40,363 nt of DNA. Origin: an uncultured Verrucomicrobiota bacterium (lineage in GTDB: Bacteria; Verrucomicrobiota; Kiritimatiellia; RFP12; UBA1067). The DNA lies in NCBI GenBank assembly GCA_945613785.1, contig CALZAJ010000001.1:1-40363 (forward strand), given 5' to 3'. The notes below the pieces were generated by a model that saw nothing but the letters and a program-made list of their open reading frames with translations, was not told the DNA's origin and ran no database searches. This document shows, in pieces, positions 16,365 through 24,434 of this stretch (positions within the stretch are counted from its first letter, which is position 1; each line of letters starts with the position of its first letter). Both the position numbers and the translations under genes were made by a program.

Positions 16365-17102
16365 TCACTCGCCCTTCAGCTTGTCGCTCTCTTCCGTGAA
16401 CTGACGGATCCACTGGTCGAGCTGGCCGGACGCCTTGAGTTCCGTAATCGTCTCGTCAATCGCCTTGAGCAGCTCCGGCTGTCCCTTGCGAATCGCGACG
16501 GCATATTCCTCAGACGTGATGAAGTCGGAGAGCGCAAGCTCCGCCTCGCCCTTCACGCAGTTCTTGGCAGGGTCGATATCCGCAATCACGAAGTCGACAC
16601 GGCCGGACTTGAGCGCCGCCACGGCCTCGGCCGGGGACTTGGTGCGCTCAGGCTCCTGCAAAAGCTGTTCGAGCACGAAGGTCTCGGACGTCGTGCCGCT
16701 CTGCACGCCGATCTTCTTACCCTTGAGCTGATCCTTTCCAGTGAACGGGTTCGACTTCTTGTAGATGACGACAATGCCCGTCTTCACGTACGGAATCGAG
16801 AAATCCACGTTCTTCTTGCGGTCCTCCGTCACGGTGATGCCCGCCGCGGCGAGATGGGCCTTGCCCGAAATAACAGCGGGGATCACGAAATCGAAGTCCA
16901 CAGTCTCGGCCTTGAACGGACGATTCAGCTTCTGGGCGACGGCACGGCAGATCTCCACGTCAATGCCGGCAATCTCCTGTCCGCGGAGAAATTCATACGG
17001 AGGGAACGTCGCCTCCGTAATCATCTTCAGGGAATTGTCATCCTTCTGACCACAGCCCGCGAGCATCGCGGCACCAACCACGACCAAAATTAGTTTTTTC
17101 AC
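16365..17102 (-). CDS. Amino-acid ABC transporter substrate-binding lipoprotein (free SBP)
   Basis: GTG start preceded by GGAGGAAAG. Lipobox LAGC. It is about 70 percent identical by eye to the SBP domain of the gene at 14828-16354. Confidence 0.9.
   Translation of the reverse strand: MKKLILVVVGAAMLAGCGQKDDNSLKMITEATFPPYEFLRGQEIAGIDVEICRAVAQKLNRPFKAETVDFDFVIPAVISGKAHLAAAGITVTEDRKKNVDFSIPYVKTGIVVIYKKSNPFTGKDQLKGKKIGVQSGTTSETFVLEQLLQEPERTKSPAEAVAALKSGRVDFVIADIDPAKNCVKGEAELALSDFITSEEYAVAIRKGQPELLKAIDETITELKASGQLDQWIRQFTEESDKLKGE
16706..16948 (-). repeat. Second copy of the near-identical SBP tract (see 15961-16203)
   Basis: Same as 15961-16203. Confidence 0.85.
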
Positions 17103-17132
17103 GTTCTTTCCTCCAAAATGGGATTTATTATA

Positions 17133-18029
17133 TCAAAAGCGGCGGCACAAAAGATGCGCGAACTCCACGCCCAAGGCCGCGCCGAAGACAAGCGCGCAGC
17201 CAATCAGACAACGCGTCGTCATCGTGTCGCCGAAGAACAGCCAGCCGAACACCGCACCGAAGACGCTCTCCAGGCTCATGATGATCGCCGCCAGCGCCGG
17301 CGGCGTGCGCAGTCCCTGTGCGACGTTCTGCAGCGTGTAGCCGATGCCGGACGCGCCGAGACCCAGGAACAGGAGCGCCGGCCAGGCGGACTTGAAGGCC
17401 ATCGCCGTCAGCTTCGTCGATTCGGCTTCCAATCCCAGCAGGGGCGCCCCGCACACGGCACAGGTCATGAACATGACCGCCGACAGCGCAAGGGTGTCCG
17501 TCCCCGGGGCGAAACGGTCGACCACCAGGATCTCCACGGCGAAGAGCGCGGCACACGCCAGCGTCCAGAGTTCGCCGAGCCCGACCTTGAAGACATCCCC
17601 GCCCGTGATGCAGATGAGATAGGTGCCGATGAGCGCCGGAACGAGCGCCAGCCATTCGGCCCGCGTGGACTTGCGTCCGACGAAGACACCCATCACCGGC
17701 ACGAGCAGCATGTAGTTCGTCGTCAGGAAGGCGCAGACGCCCGGCGTGATGTCGAAATCGAAGGCCTTCTGCTGGGCAAGCATCGGCACGAAGAGCGAAA
17801 CGCCGCAGATGGCGCCGGCAATCCACGTTCGGCGCGTGAAGCCGTTGCGCCGACGGACGACCTGCACGAGCACGAGGAAAACCGCCGCGATGAGCGAACG
17901 GAAGACGATGACCGCATTGGGTCCGAGATGGCCCGCCCCGAGCTTCTGTCCGACGAAGCCACCGCCCCAGAAGAGCGTGGTGATCAACAGGAGGACGGCG
18001 CCGACATGAGGACCCTTGAACATCACCAT
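17133..18029 (-). CDS. DMT-superfamily (EamA-like) transporter
   Basis: 298 aa with about 10 TM helices. LFWGGGFVGQK matches the EamA N-terminal signature, and the protein has a duplicated half-structure. Confidence 0.8.
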   Translation of the reverse strand: MVMFKGPHVGAVLLLITTLFWGGGFVGQKLGAGHLGPNAVIVFRSLIAAVFLVLVQVVRRRNGFTRRTWIAGAICGVSLFVPMLAQQKAFDFDITPGVCAFLTTNYMLLVPVMGVFVGRKSTRAEWLALVPALIGTYLICITGGDVFKVGLGELWTLACAALFAVEILVVDRFAPGTDTLALSAVMFMTCAVCGAPLLGLEAESTKLTAMAFKSAWPALLFLGLGASGIGYTLQNVAQGLRTPPALAAIIMSLESVFGAVFGWLFFGDTMTTRCLIGCALVFGAALGVEFAHLLCRRF

Positions 18030-19654
18030 TGTCCCAACTTGAGGTACGGGAAGATCTGTTTCTCCAGCGTCGTGTCGAGATCGAACAGCGCAACGCCCGA
18101 CGTGCCATACTTGCGCGACAGGTTGATCTGATCGATGACCGCCTTCGCATCCAGTCGCGATTCATTCGCCGTCACCCCGATGCCCACGATCGTCTTGCGC
18201 GCGTGGAACCGGTTCTGGGCGTGTTGCTGCAGGAAGGACTCAAACTGCGAGAGACTCTCCGAATAGTCCATTGGGACGACATAGTCGACGAGGTTCAAAC
18301 GGAGCCAGCTGTCCCAGTCCTGTCCGACGGACGCGATACAGGTCGGGTACTTGCCGAGGACGGCCGTCGTGAACCACGCGGGACGGCGCACGTGACGGCG
18401 CGCCTCCGCGACAAAGCGCGTGATGACTTCCGCCGCATTCGCCGGACGCACGCTGCCCTCGTACCAACGGACGAAGTCGAGGTGAATGCCATGGACGGGA
18501 TACTTGTCCTGCAGTTCGTCGATCGCGTCAAGAAGGTGCTTGCGCACGCCCGCATTCGACGGATCCAGGTACTCGCTGAGCTGACCGTTGAACCGGCTCG
18601 TCAGACGCCAGCCGCGCCGTTTGAAGTCCTCAAGCCGACTGGGCGTCGCGCGCGTCGCATTGAAGCAGAGAATCCAGGCGTGGACACGAATGCCCGTACC
18701 GCGCGCCGCGGCGAGACAGGCCCTGAGCTGATCCCCTTCCTGTTCGAAGGTCTTCGACCGCGGCAAGACGTTCGACGGATAGTGCGCGAAGCCCGCGCCC
18801 GCGACATTGACGAAGAGGTCGGTCACGCGGGCCTCCTGCAGCACCTTCATCGTCCTCGGCCAGTTGCCAGGGTAGAGTCCGCAGCCCGAATGATCCCAGA
18901 CCGCATGAATCTCGCCTTTGCGCGGAATCTGACGCAACGCAAAGTTCCGATAGGATTGATGGCGCGCGGCCTCCTTGGCCTGATACGTTTTGTAGTTCCA
19001 AAGCGACGGATCGAGGCAGCCCACCAACGCACCCAGCAGCTGCGACTTCAGCTTCTCGTCGCCGTCCGCCAGCAGGACGTGCGTCATCCAATAGCCCGCG
19101 GAGGTGGAGATCCAGGCCGCCTCTCCCGTCGACCTCCCGTTGCGGTCGGACCACGTCGCCATGATACGTCCCTTGCCCGGCTCCGGGATGGCCCGCTGCA
19201 GCACCGTCGAGGTCTGTAGGATGTTCCGCGGCAAGCCCTCGGGAAAGTTCACCTTGAAATCCATCTGGCTCCACTGGCCGGGATAGGAAGCCGTCACATA
19301 CCCGAGCGGCTTGACCCCCATGAGGGACGCCAACTGCGGCGAGGCCGAATAGAAGACGACCAGCTTCCCGTTGCGCGCACGATACTCGCGCAAGATCTTC
19401 ATCTCGGCCGCGGACGGTTCGTTGAAGCCGACCAGGAAGGCGACCTTCGCGGATGTCAGCGCGGCGGACATCTCCTTCGGAGTCGCCAACGCCGCCGGAA
19501 TGTCCTCGCCCTTCAACCAACGCTGAACATGCTTGGCGAGCGACGTGTAATAACCGGGATCATGCGCGACGACCACGACTTTCTCGCCCGCGCCCCAGAG
19601 GAGGGACGGGACGAGTCCAAACAAAACAGCGAAAAGACAGAGGAAGCGTTTCAT
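18023..19654 (-). CDS. Secreted glycoside hydrolase-like family 10 (GHL10/YngK-like) protein with an unknown N-terminal domain
   Basis: Signal peptide MKRFLCLFAVLFGLVPSLLWG. The C-terminal ~300 aa look like a TIM barrel, with GTGIRVHAWILCFNA, YPVHGIHLDFVRWYEG and DYVVPMDYSE. The family assignment is from memory of these blocks. Confidence 0.6.
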   Translation of the reverse strand: MKRFLCLFAVLFGLVPSLLWGAGEKVVVVAHDPGYYTSLAKHVQRWLKGEDIPAALATPKEMSAALTSAKVAFLVGFNEPSAAEMKILREYRARNGKLVVFYSASPQLASLMGVKPLGYVTASYPGQWSQMDFKVNFPEGLPRNILQTSTVLQRAIPEPGKGRIMATWSDRNGRSTGEAAWISTSAGYWMTHVLLADGDEKLKSQLLGALVGCLDPSLWNYKTYQAKEAARHQSYRNFALRQIPRKGEIHAVWDHSGCGLYPGNWPRTMKVLQEARVTDLFVNVAGAGFAHYPSNVLPRSKTFEQEGDQLRACLAAARGTGIRVHAWILCFNATRATPSRLEDFKRRGWRLTSRFNGQLSEYLDPSNAGVRKHLLDAIDELQDKYPVHGIHLDFVRWYEGSVRPANAAEVITRFVAEARRHVRRPAWFTTAVLGKYPTCIASVGQDWDSWLRLNLVDYVVPMDYSESLSQFESFLQQHAQNRFHARKTIVGIGVTANESRLDAKAVIDQINLSRKYGTSGVALFDLDTTLEKQIFPYLKLGQW

Positions 19655-20388
19655 TTGATCAGGTCGGGACGTTGCTCCTTCGTCAGCTTGCGGGCCTCGG
19701 CGGTCCGCCAGGCCTCGATCTTCGCATGATCACCCGACAACAGGACCTCGGGGACCTTCATGCCACGGAACTCCGGCGGATGCGTGTATTGGGGCGCTTC
19801 AAGGAGACCCTCTCGGCCGAACGACTCCGACGCCGTCGCGGCAGGTCCGCCGCCCAACACGCCCGGAAGCAGACGGACAATCGAATCAACCATCGCCGCC
19901 GCCGCCAGTTCGCCGCCGGTCATCACGAAATCGCCAATCGAATACTTGTCGGTCACCATGGTCTCGATCCGCGCATCAAACCCCTCGTAGTGTCCGCACA
20001 AGAAGATGAGATGGGAGAACGTTTGGGCGTTTGGATTGGAGGGCGCAGCAACGCCTGCAAAGAGTTCGGCATCACGCTGAGTGAAGGTCTTACCCGCAGG
20101 AGAAGTCATAATAATCCGCCGCGCCACTGTGTTCAGGACACCCTCTTCACCTCGAGCGGCACACGCGGCTTCAACGGCCTTGAACCAGGGCTCGCACAGC
20201 ATCAGCAGACCCGGACCGCCCCCGTAGGGCTTGTCGTCGCATTTCTTCCACTTCCCTACGCCATAATCGCGCAAATTGATGATATTGACCTCACAGGCGC
20301 CCTTTTTGACAGCACGCGCCACGATGCTTTCTTCAAGAAAGCCCCGAAACATCTGCGGTTGGACGCTAATAATATCAATCTTCAACAT
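19651..20388 (-). CDS. trmD: tRNA (guanine37-N1)-methyltransferase
   Basis: Start set at the ATG at 20386-20388, since MLKIDIISVQPQMFRGFL aligns with canonical TrmD N-termini. Other motifs: DDKPYGGGPGLLM, GHYEGFD, IGDFVMTGGELAA. The stop overlaps the downstream ATG (ATGA). Confidence 0.9.
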   Translation of the reverse strand: MLKIDIISVQPQMFRGFLEESIVARAVKKGACEVNIINLRDYGVGKWKKCDDKPYGGGPGLLMLCEPWFKAVEAACAARGEEGVLNTVARRIIMTSPAGKTFTQRDAELFAGVAAPSNPNAQTFSHLIFLCGHYEGFDARIETMVTDKYSIGDFVMTGGELAAAAMVDSIVRLLPGVLGGGPAATASESFGREGLLEAPQYTHPPEFRGMKVPEVLLSGDHAKIEAWRTAEARKLTKEQRPDLIK

Positions 20389-20395
20389 TTTCGCT

Positions 20396-20401
20396 ATTAT
20401 A
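20396..20401 (-). promoter_or_regulatory. TATAAT box 7 nt upstream of the trmD ATG (leaderless-mRNA candidate)
   Basis: The minus strand reads tttttgcTATAATagcgaaaATG, with no Shine-Dalgarno. Confidence 0.35.
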
Positions 20402-20446
20402 GCAAAAATCAGAAATAAAGAGGCGCCCGAGATCACTCTCGGACGC
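20402..20446 (-). terminator. Terminator after the ferredoxin gene
   Basis: The minus strand reads GCGTCCGAGA-gtga-TCTCGGGCGC, a 10-bp stem with one G-U pair, followed by the T-rich ctcTTTaTTTctgaTTTTT. Confidence 0.5.
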
Positions 20447-20480
20447 TTCTTCCGCACTCAGCGTGCTAAAGGCGAATGCC

Positions 20481-20651
20481 TTAGGCCGCGGAGATGGCTT
20501 CGCAGGGGCACTGAGCCGCGCAAGCGCCGCAGTCCATGCACTTGTCAGGGTCAATCGTGTAGGGCGTACCCTCGTTAATCGCCTCAGCCGGGCAAGCCGC
20601 CTTGCAACCACCGCAACCAACGCACTTCTCGCCATCAATCTTCATCGCCAT
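20481..20651 (-). CDS. 2x[4Fe-4S] ferredoxin (56 aa; below the ORF-track cut-off)
   Basis: Manual translation gives MAMKIDGEKCVGCGGCKAACPAEAINEGTPYTIDPDKCMDCGACAAQCPCEAISAA. It has two CxxCxxCxxxCP clusters, and AAGGAGGAA lies 7 nt upstream of the ATG. Confidence 0.85.
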   Translation of the reverse strand: MAMKIDGEKCVGCGGCKAACPAEAINEGTPYTIDPDKCMDCGACAAQCPCEAISAA

Positions 20652-20687
20652 TTTGGATTCCTCCTTGTTCTTTTGAAAGATGCGTGC

Positions 20688-20717
20688 ATTTTATCATCTG
20701 ACTACTTAGTTAGGCAA
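20688..20717 (-). promoter_or_regulatory. Sigma70-type promoter candidate for the ferredoxin gene
   Basis: The minus strand reads TTGCCT-N18-TAAAAT, with a TG upstream of the -10 box. Confidence 0.4.
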
Positions 20718-20752
20718 CGGTAACTTGCAGGCGTTTTGGCAATCCAACCGCG

Positions 20753-22049
20753 TCAGTCGAAGATTGCGAACGCGGGGAGTCCCTTGACGGCTTCGAAGCC
20801 AGGGAGCTTGCGAAGTTCGGAAATGTCTTCGGCCTGAAGGCGAATGACGGTATAGCGCTTGAGTTCGGAAACGACTTCAGGATCGACGAAGGTCGTCTTC
20901 TCCATCATCGTACAATTCTTGCACCAAGTCGCCCAGCAATCGACGAAAATGGGCTTCTTCTGGTCGGACATGACGGACGCAAACGTCTCAGGGGTCGCGG
21001 CGATCCGACCAGACGCTTCCCCGCCGAGGTCGGCGGGGGTGCTGACGAAGCCCGTGTAGGCGAGGTAGCCGTACCAGGCCGCGAAGCTGAGCACGAGAAC
21101 GCCAAAGGCCCTGTTGACGTACTTCATCCAACCGCCCGGCTTCGGAAGAACCTGCAACCCCGCGCCGGCAAACGGCCAGGGAAGCCCCATGCCGAGACCG
21201 AGGACAAACGGCAGCGCGAGCGCCAGCACATGCCCTTCCGCATGGAGTTTCGCCGTCAGCAGAAGCACGGCGATCAAGATCGGCGCGACGCACGCACCTG
21301 CAAGAACGGCACTCACCATTCCCATGAAGAACGCGAAGAGTCCAGGAAGCATCGTCGCCTTCTTCTGGGCGAAACCGCCACGCCTCTTCGAGAAGTCGAT
21401 GAAGAAAACGCCGAGCATGGAGAGTCCGAGCGCAAGGAAGATGAGCGCGATCACCACGTTGAACCAGGGATTGCCCTGAATCTCGCCGAAGGCCATGCCG
21501 CCGATGGCGGCGAGAACGCCCATGATGCCGTAGGCGAACGCAATGCCGAGACCGTAGAGCGCACCGCGTGCGGCGGACTTGCCGATGATCATCAGGTTGA
21601 TCGGCACCATCGGCAGCACGCAGGGCGTCAGGTTCATCGCCAGGCCGCCGAACAGAATCAGAAGAAGTCCCAGCAGGAATCCGCCCAGCCCGCGGTCCGT
21701 CGACAGCCACTGCGAGGCTGGCTCGTCATTCCCCTTGAGCCAGGAAAGGAAGTCCGCGGTGGACAGATACCCCTGCGCCAGGCGGCAGGAAGCGGGTGCG
21801 GCGGTCTCGACGGCCTTGACCGCGTCAGCGGCGACGGACGGACGGACACTCTCGGCGGGAGTCGTCGACGAGACCTTCTGAGCGTCGGGCGGAATGATCA
21901 TGCACAGCTCGTCCGTACAGATGGTGAGCTGTCCGTTGATGTCATGGACCTCGCCTTCGATCCGCTCGCCATTGATGATGTAGACGTCGGCGCGGGCAAG
22001 CGCGAGGGAACAGACGAGTGAAAGAGCGAAAAGGAACTTCTTCATCATG
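20753..22049 (-). CDS. dsbD: Thiol:disulfide interchange protein (DsbD/CcdA membrane core plus C-terminal thioredoxin domain)
   Basis: Start set at the ATG ATG at 22044-22049 (MMKKFLFALSLVCSLALARA). Core motif NLTPCVLPMVPI. The C-terminal domain has the CxxC motif in VDCWATWCKNC. The start overlaps the ispH stop. Confidence 0.8.
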
Positions 22050-22881
22050 TATCCTCCTGTGTCCGCAGCCAATCCACGGCCTGGGAAAAGAACTCTTCGG
22101 GAGTCGAGGCACCGCTCGTCACGCCCAGGCGACCGATTCCCGAGAAGTCGATGTCCCGGAGATCTGCCATCGTGCCTGCACGAAACGTCCGACAATGCGC
22201 GACCTCGCAGAGACGCTTCGTGTTGGACGACTGGGCACTGCCAAGGACCAGTAGCGCATCACCGTCAAACGCCTTGACGGCATCCTGTCGTTCCTTCGTC
22301 GCGCGGCAGACCTCGGCGGTCGACTCAACGACGAACGTCTGCCGCAGCCGTTCGACAACCGCCGCCACGTCATCGGCGTTCATGGTCGTCTGGCTCACGA
22401 CGCCGAGGGGACGCTTCGCCGTCTCGAGGGATGTGTAAGAGCTGTCGTTGATGACAATCGGATCCGGAACTTCGCCGGTGATGCCCTTCACTTCCGCATG
22501 GTCCGGATGACCGATGACAACGACTTGAAGTCCGCGGGACGCGAATTCCGACGCGGCCTGGTGGACACGAGCGACAAAGGGACAGGTGGCGTCCACAACC
22601 TTCAATTTGCGCGCGGCGGCCTCGGCGCGCACGGACGGACTCACCCCGTGCGCCGAAAAGAGCACGGTCGAGCCCTCTGGCACGTCCGAAAGCGACTCGA
22701 CGAACTTCAGGCCCCGAGACTTGAGATCGGCTACGACCAGCTCATTATGGACGAGTTCGTGGAGGCAGTAGACCGGTGCGGCGGAAGGTTGGGGGTGGCA
22801 AGTGACGAGGGCGCGCGCCTTTTGCAGAGCGTTCTTCACGCCTGCGCAGAATCCATGCGGCTCGAGTATCTCAATCGTCAT
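22045..22881 (-). CDS. ispH: 4-hydroxy-3-methylbut-2-enyl diphosphate reductase
   Basis: 278 aa with PHGFCAGV, HELVHN, the SAHGVS block, ATCPFV and SQTT. Confidence 0.95.
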   Translation of the reverse strand: MTIEILEPHGFCAGVKNALQKARALVTCHPQPSAAPVYCLHELVHNELVVADLKSRGLKFVESLSDVPEGSTVLFSAHGVSPSVRAEAAARKLKVVDATCPFVARVHQAASEFASRGLQVVVIGHPDHAEVKGITGEVPDPIVINDSSYTSLETAKRPLGVVSQTTMNADDVAAVVERLRQTFVVESTAEVCRATKERQDAVKAFDGDALLVLGSAQSSNTKRLCEVAHCRTFRAGTMADLRDIDFSGIGRLGVTSGASTPEEFFSQAVDWLRTQEDT

Positions 22882-22919
22882 ACAAACTCACAACCATCAA
22901 CCCAAAACACCTCTCACCC

Positions 22920-23723
22920 TCACTCGTCCCCGCCCGCCTTGGCCTTTTCCCAGAGCGCCTCCATCTCGCCGATGGTCATTTCCTTGAGCGGCTTGCCTGC
23001 GGCCTTCGCGGCAGCTTCAACCGCGCGGAAACGGCGGGAGAACTTCGCGGTGGTGAGTTCCACGGCCGATTCGGCATCGACCTTGAGGTGACGCGCGAGA
23101 TTGGTGATGGAGAAGATGAGGTCGCCAAGCTCCTGCTTGACGCGATCGGAATCGGCAGGATCCTCGCTCGCGCGCGCAGCGATTTCGGCCTCCAGTTCGG
23201 CGAGCTCTTCCTTGATCTTCGCGAGGGGACCCGCCGCGTCCTTCCAGTCAAAGCCGACACGGGCGGCCTTCTCCTGGGTGCGCTGCGCCTTGAGGAGTCC
23301 GGGCAGGGTCGGCGGGACGCCGTCGAGCGCGGAATGGCGGGACTCCTTCTTGTGTTCGAGCTGCTTGAGCTGCTCCCAGTTCCGGAGCACGGTCGCGGGG
23401 TCATCGGCCTTCACGTCGCCAAAGACATGCGGGTGGCGGTGAACGAGTTTGTCGGAGACGCCGTTGGCGACGTCGTCGAACGTGAAGCGTCCTTCCTTCT
23501 CGGCCATCACGCTCTGGAACATGATCTGCAGGAGGACGTCGCCGAGTTCCTCGACATAGTTGACCTGGTCGTCGGGTTTGTCCATCGCCGCCAGGAGTTC
23601 ATAAGTCTCTTCGAGGACACAGGGCTTGAGGGATTCGAGCGTCTGGATCCTGTCCCAAGGACAACCCGCCTGCGGATCACGCAGACGGGTCATGATTTCG
23701 TGCAACCGTTCAATACCGGTCAT
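22920..23723 (-). CDS. mazG: Nucleoside triphosphate pyrophosphohydrolase MazG
   Basis: 267 aa with GCPWDRIQT and EETYEL...EELGDVLLQ, followed by a second MazG half with ELGDLIFSI. Confidence 0.9.
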   Translation of the reverse strand: MTGIERLHEIMTRLRDPQAGCPWDRIQTLESLKPCVLEETYELLAAMDKPDDQVNYVEELGDVLLQIMFQSVMAEKEGRFTFDDVANGVSDKLVHRHPHVFGDVKADDPATVLRNWEQLKQLEHKKESRHSALDGVPPTLPGLLKAQRTQEKAARVGFDWKDAAGPLAKIKEELAELEAEIAARASEDPADSDRVKQELGDLIFSITNLARHLKVDAESAVELTTAKFSRRFRAVEAAAKAAGKPLKEMTIGEMEALWEKAKAGGDE

Positions 23724-23736
23724 GATGTCTTCTCTC

Positions 23737-24408
23737 TCAGATTCTCAGGATGCCGAGGATGGTCTTGGCGGCCGCGGTATCCAGGCACTTCACATCGGCA
23801 TCTGCGCCGCCGAAGTCCTGATAGGCCACGTGGTCGTTCGGCACGACCACCGCGCCCATTCCGGCGAGGAGCGCGCTCTTGACGCCGAGACCCGAGCCCG
23901 TCACGGCGAGCGTGCGGAGGTTGCGGAGCTTATTGGCGGCACAGGCGCGACGCCAGGCGTCCCACTTGACGCAACCGTAGGTCGTCGACTGCTCCTGGTG
24001 AAGGATCACGTCCTCGCCGAGGAGACCCTCGAACGCGGGACGGACCGCTTCGACGTCCGCACGCGTCGCGATGACGACACGCACGCCCTTGTCAGCAAGC
24101 GTCTTGACGAAATTGCGGAAGGTCGGCGTGACGGCCGCGGGAACTGCCGCGTTCAGCACGGCGGCAAAGCGGTCCGTCAGGTCCTTGGCCGCCTTGGCGG
24201 CGGTCTTCTTGGTCTTGATAACCGTGAAGTATTCGGCGAGGCCGCCCTGGTAGTTGCCCCCCGCCAGGTGCTGGGCCTCCACGCGCGTGCTGAAGGGAAT
24301 GTCATTCTCCTTCAGCAGCGCCTCAGTGGTCTGATAGAGGAGTTCTGCGCCGTTCAGCACGGCGAAGTCGAACTCGACAATCACGCCTTTCTTGCTTTCT
24401 TCGGCCAT
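23737..24408 (-). CDS. HAD-fold protein with degenerate catalytic motifs
   Basis: Start set at the ATG at 24406-24408, preceded by GGGGGAG. Motif I reads VIVEFDFAVLNG instead of hhhhDxDGT. Motif IV reads TGSGLGVKSALLAGM instead of GDSxxDIxAAxxAGM. Confidence 0.5.
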   Translation of the reverse strand: MAEESKKGVIVEFDFAVLNGAELLYQTTEALLKENDIPFSTRVEAQHLAGGNYQGGLAEYFTVIKTKKTAAKAAKDLTDRFAAVLNAAVPAAVTPTFRNFVKTLADKGVRVVIATRADVEAVRPAFEGLLGEDVILHQEQSTTYGCVKWDAWRRACAANKLRNLRTLAVTGSGLGVKSALLAGMGAVVVPNDHVAYQDFGGADADVKCLDTAAAKTILGILRI

Positions 24409-24434
24409 CCGACTCCCCCCTTCAGCAGAACGAC

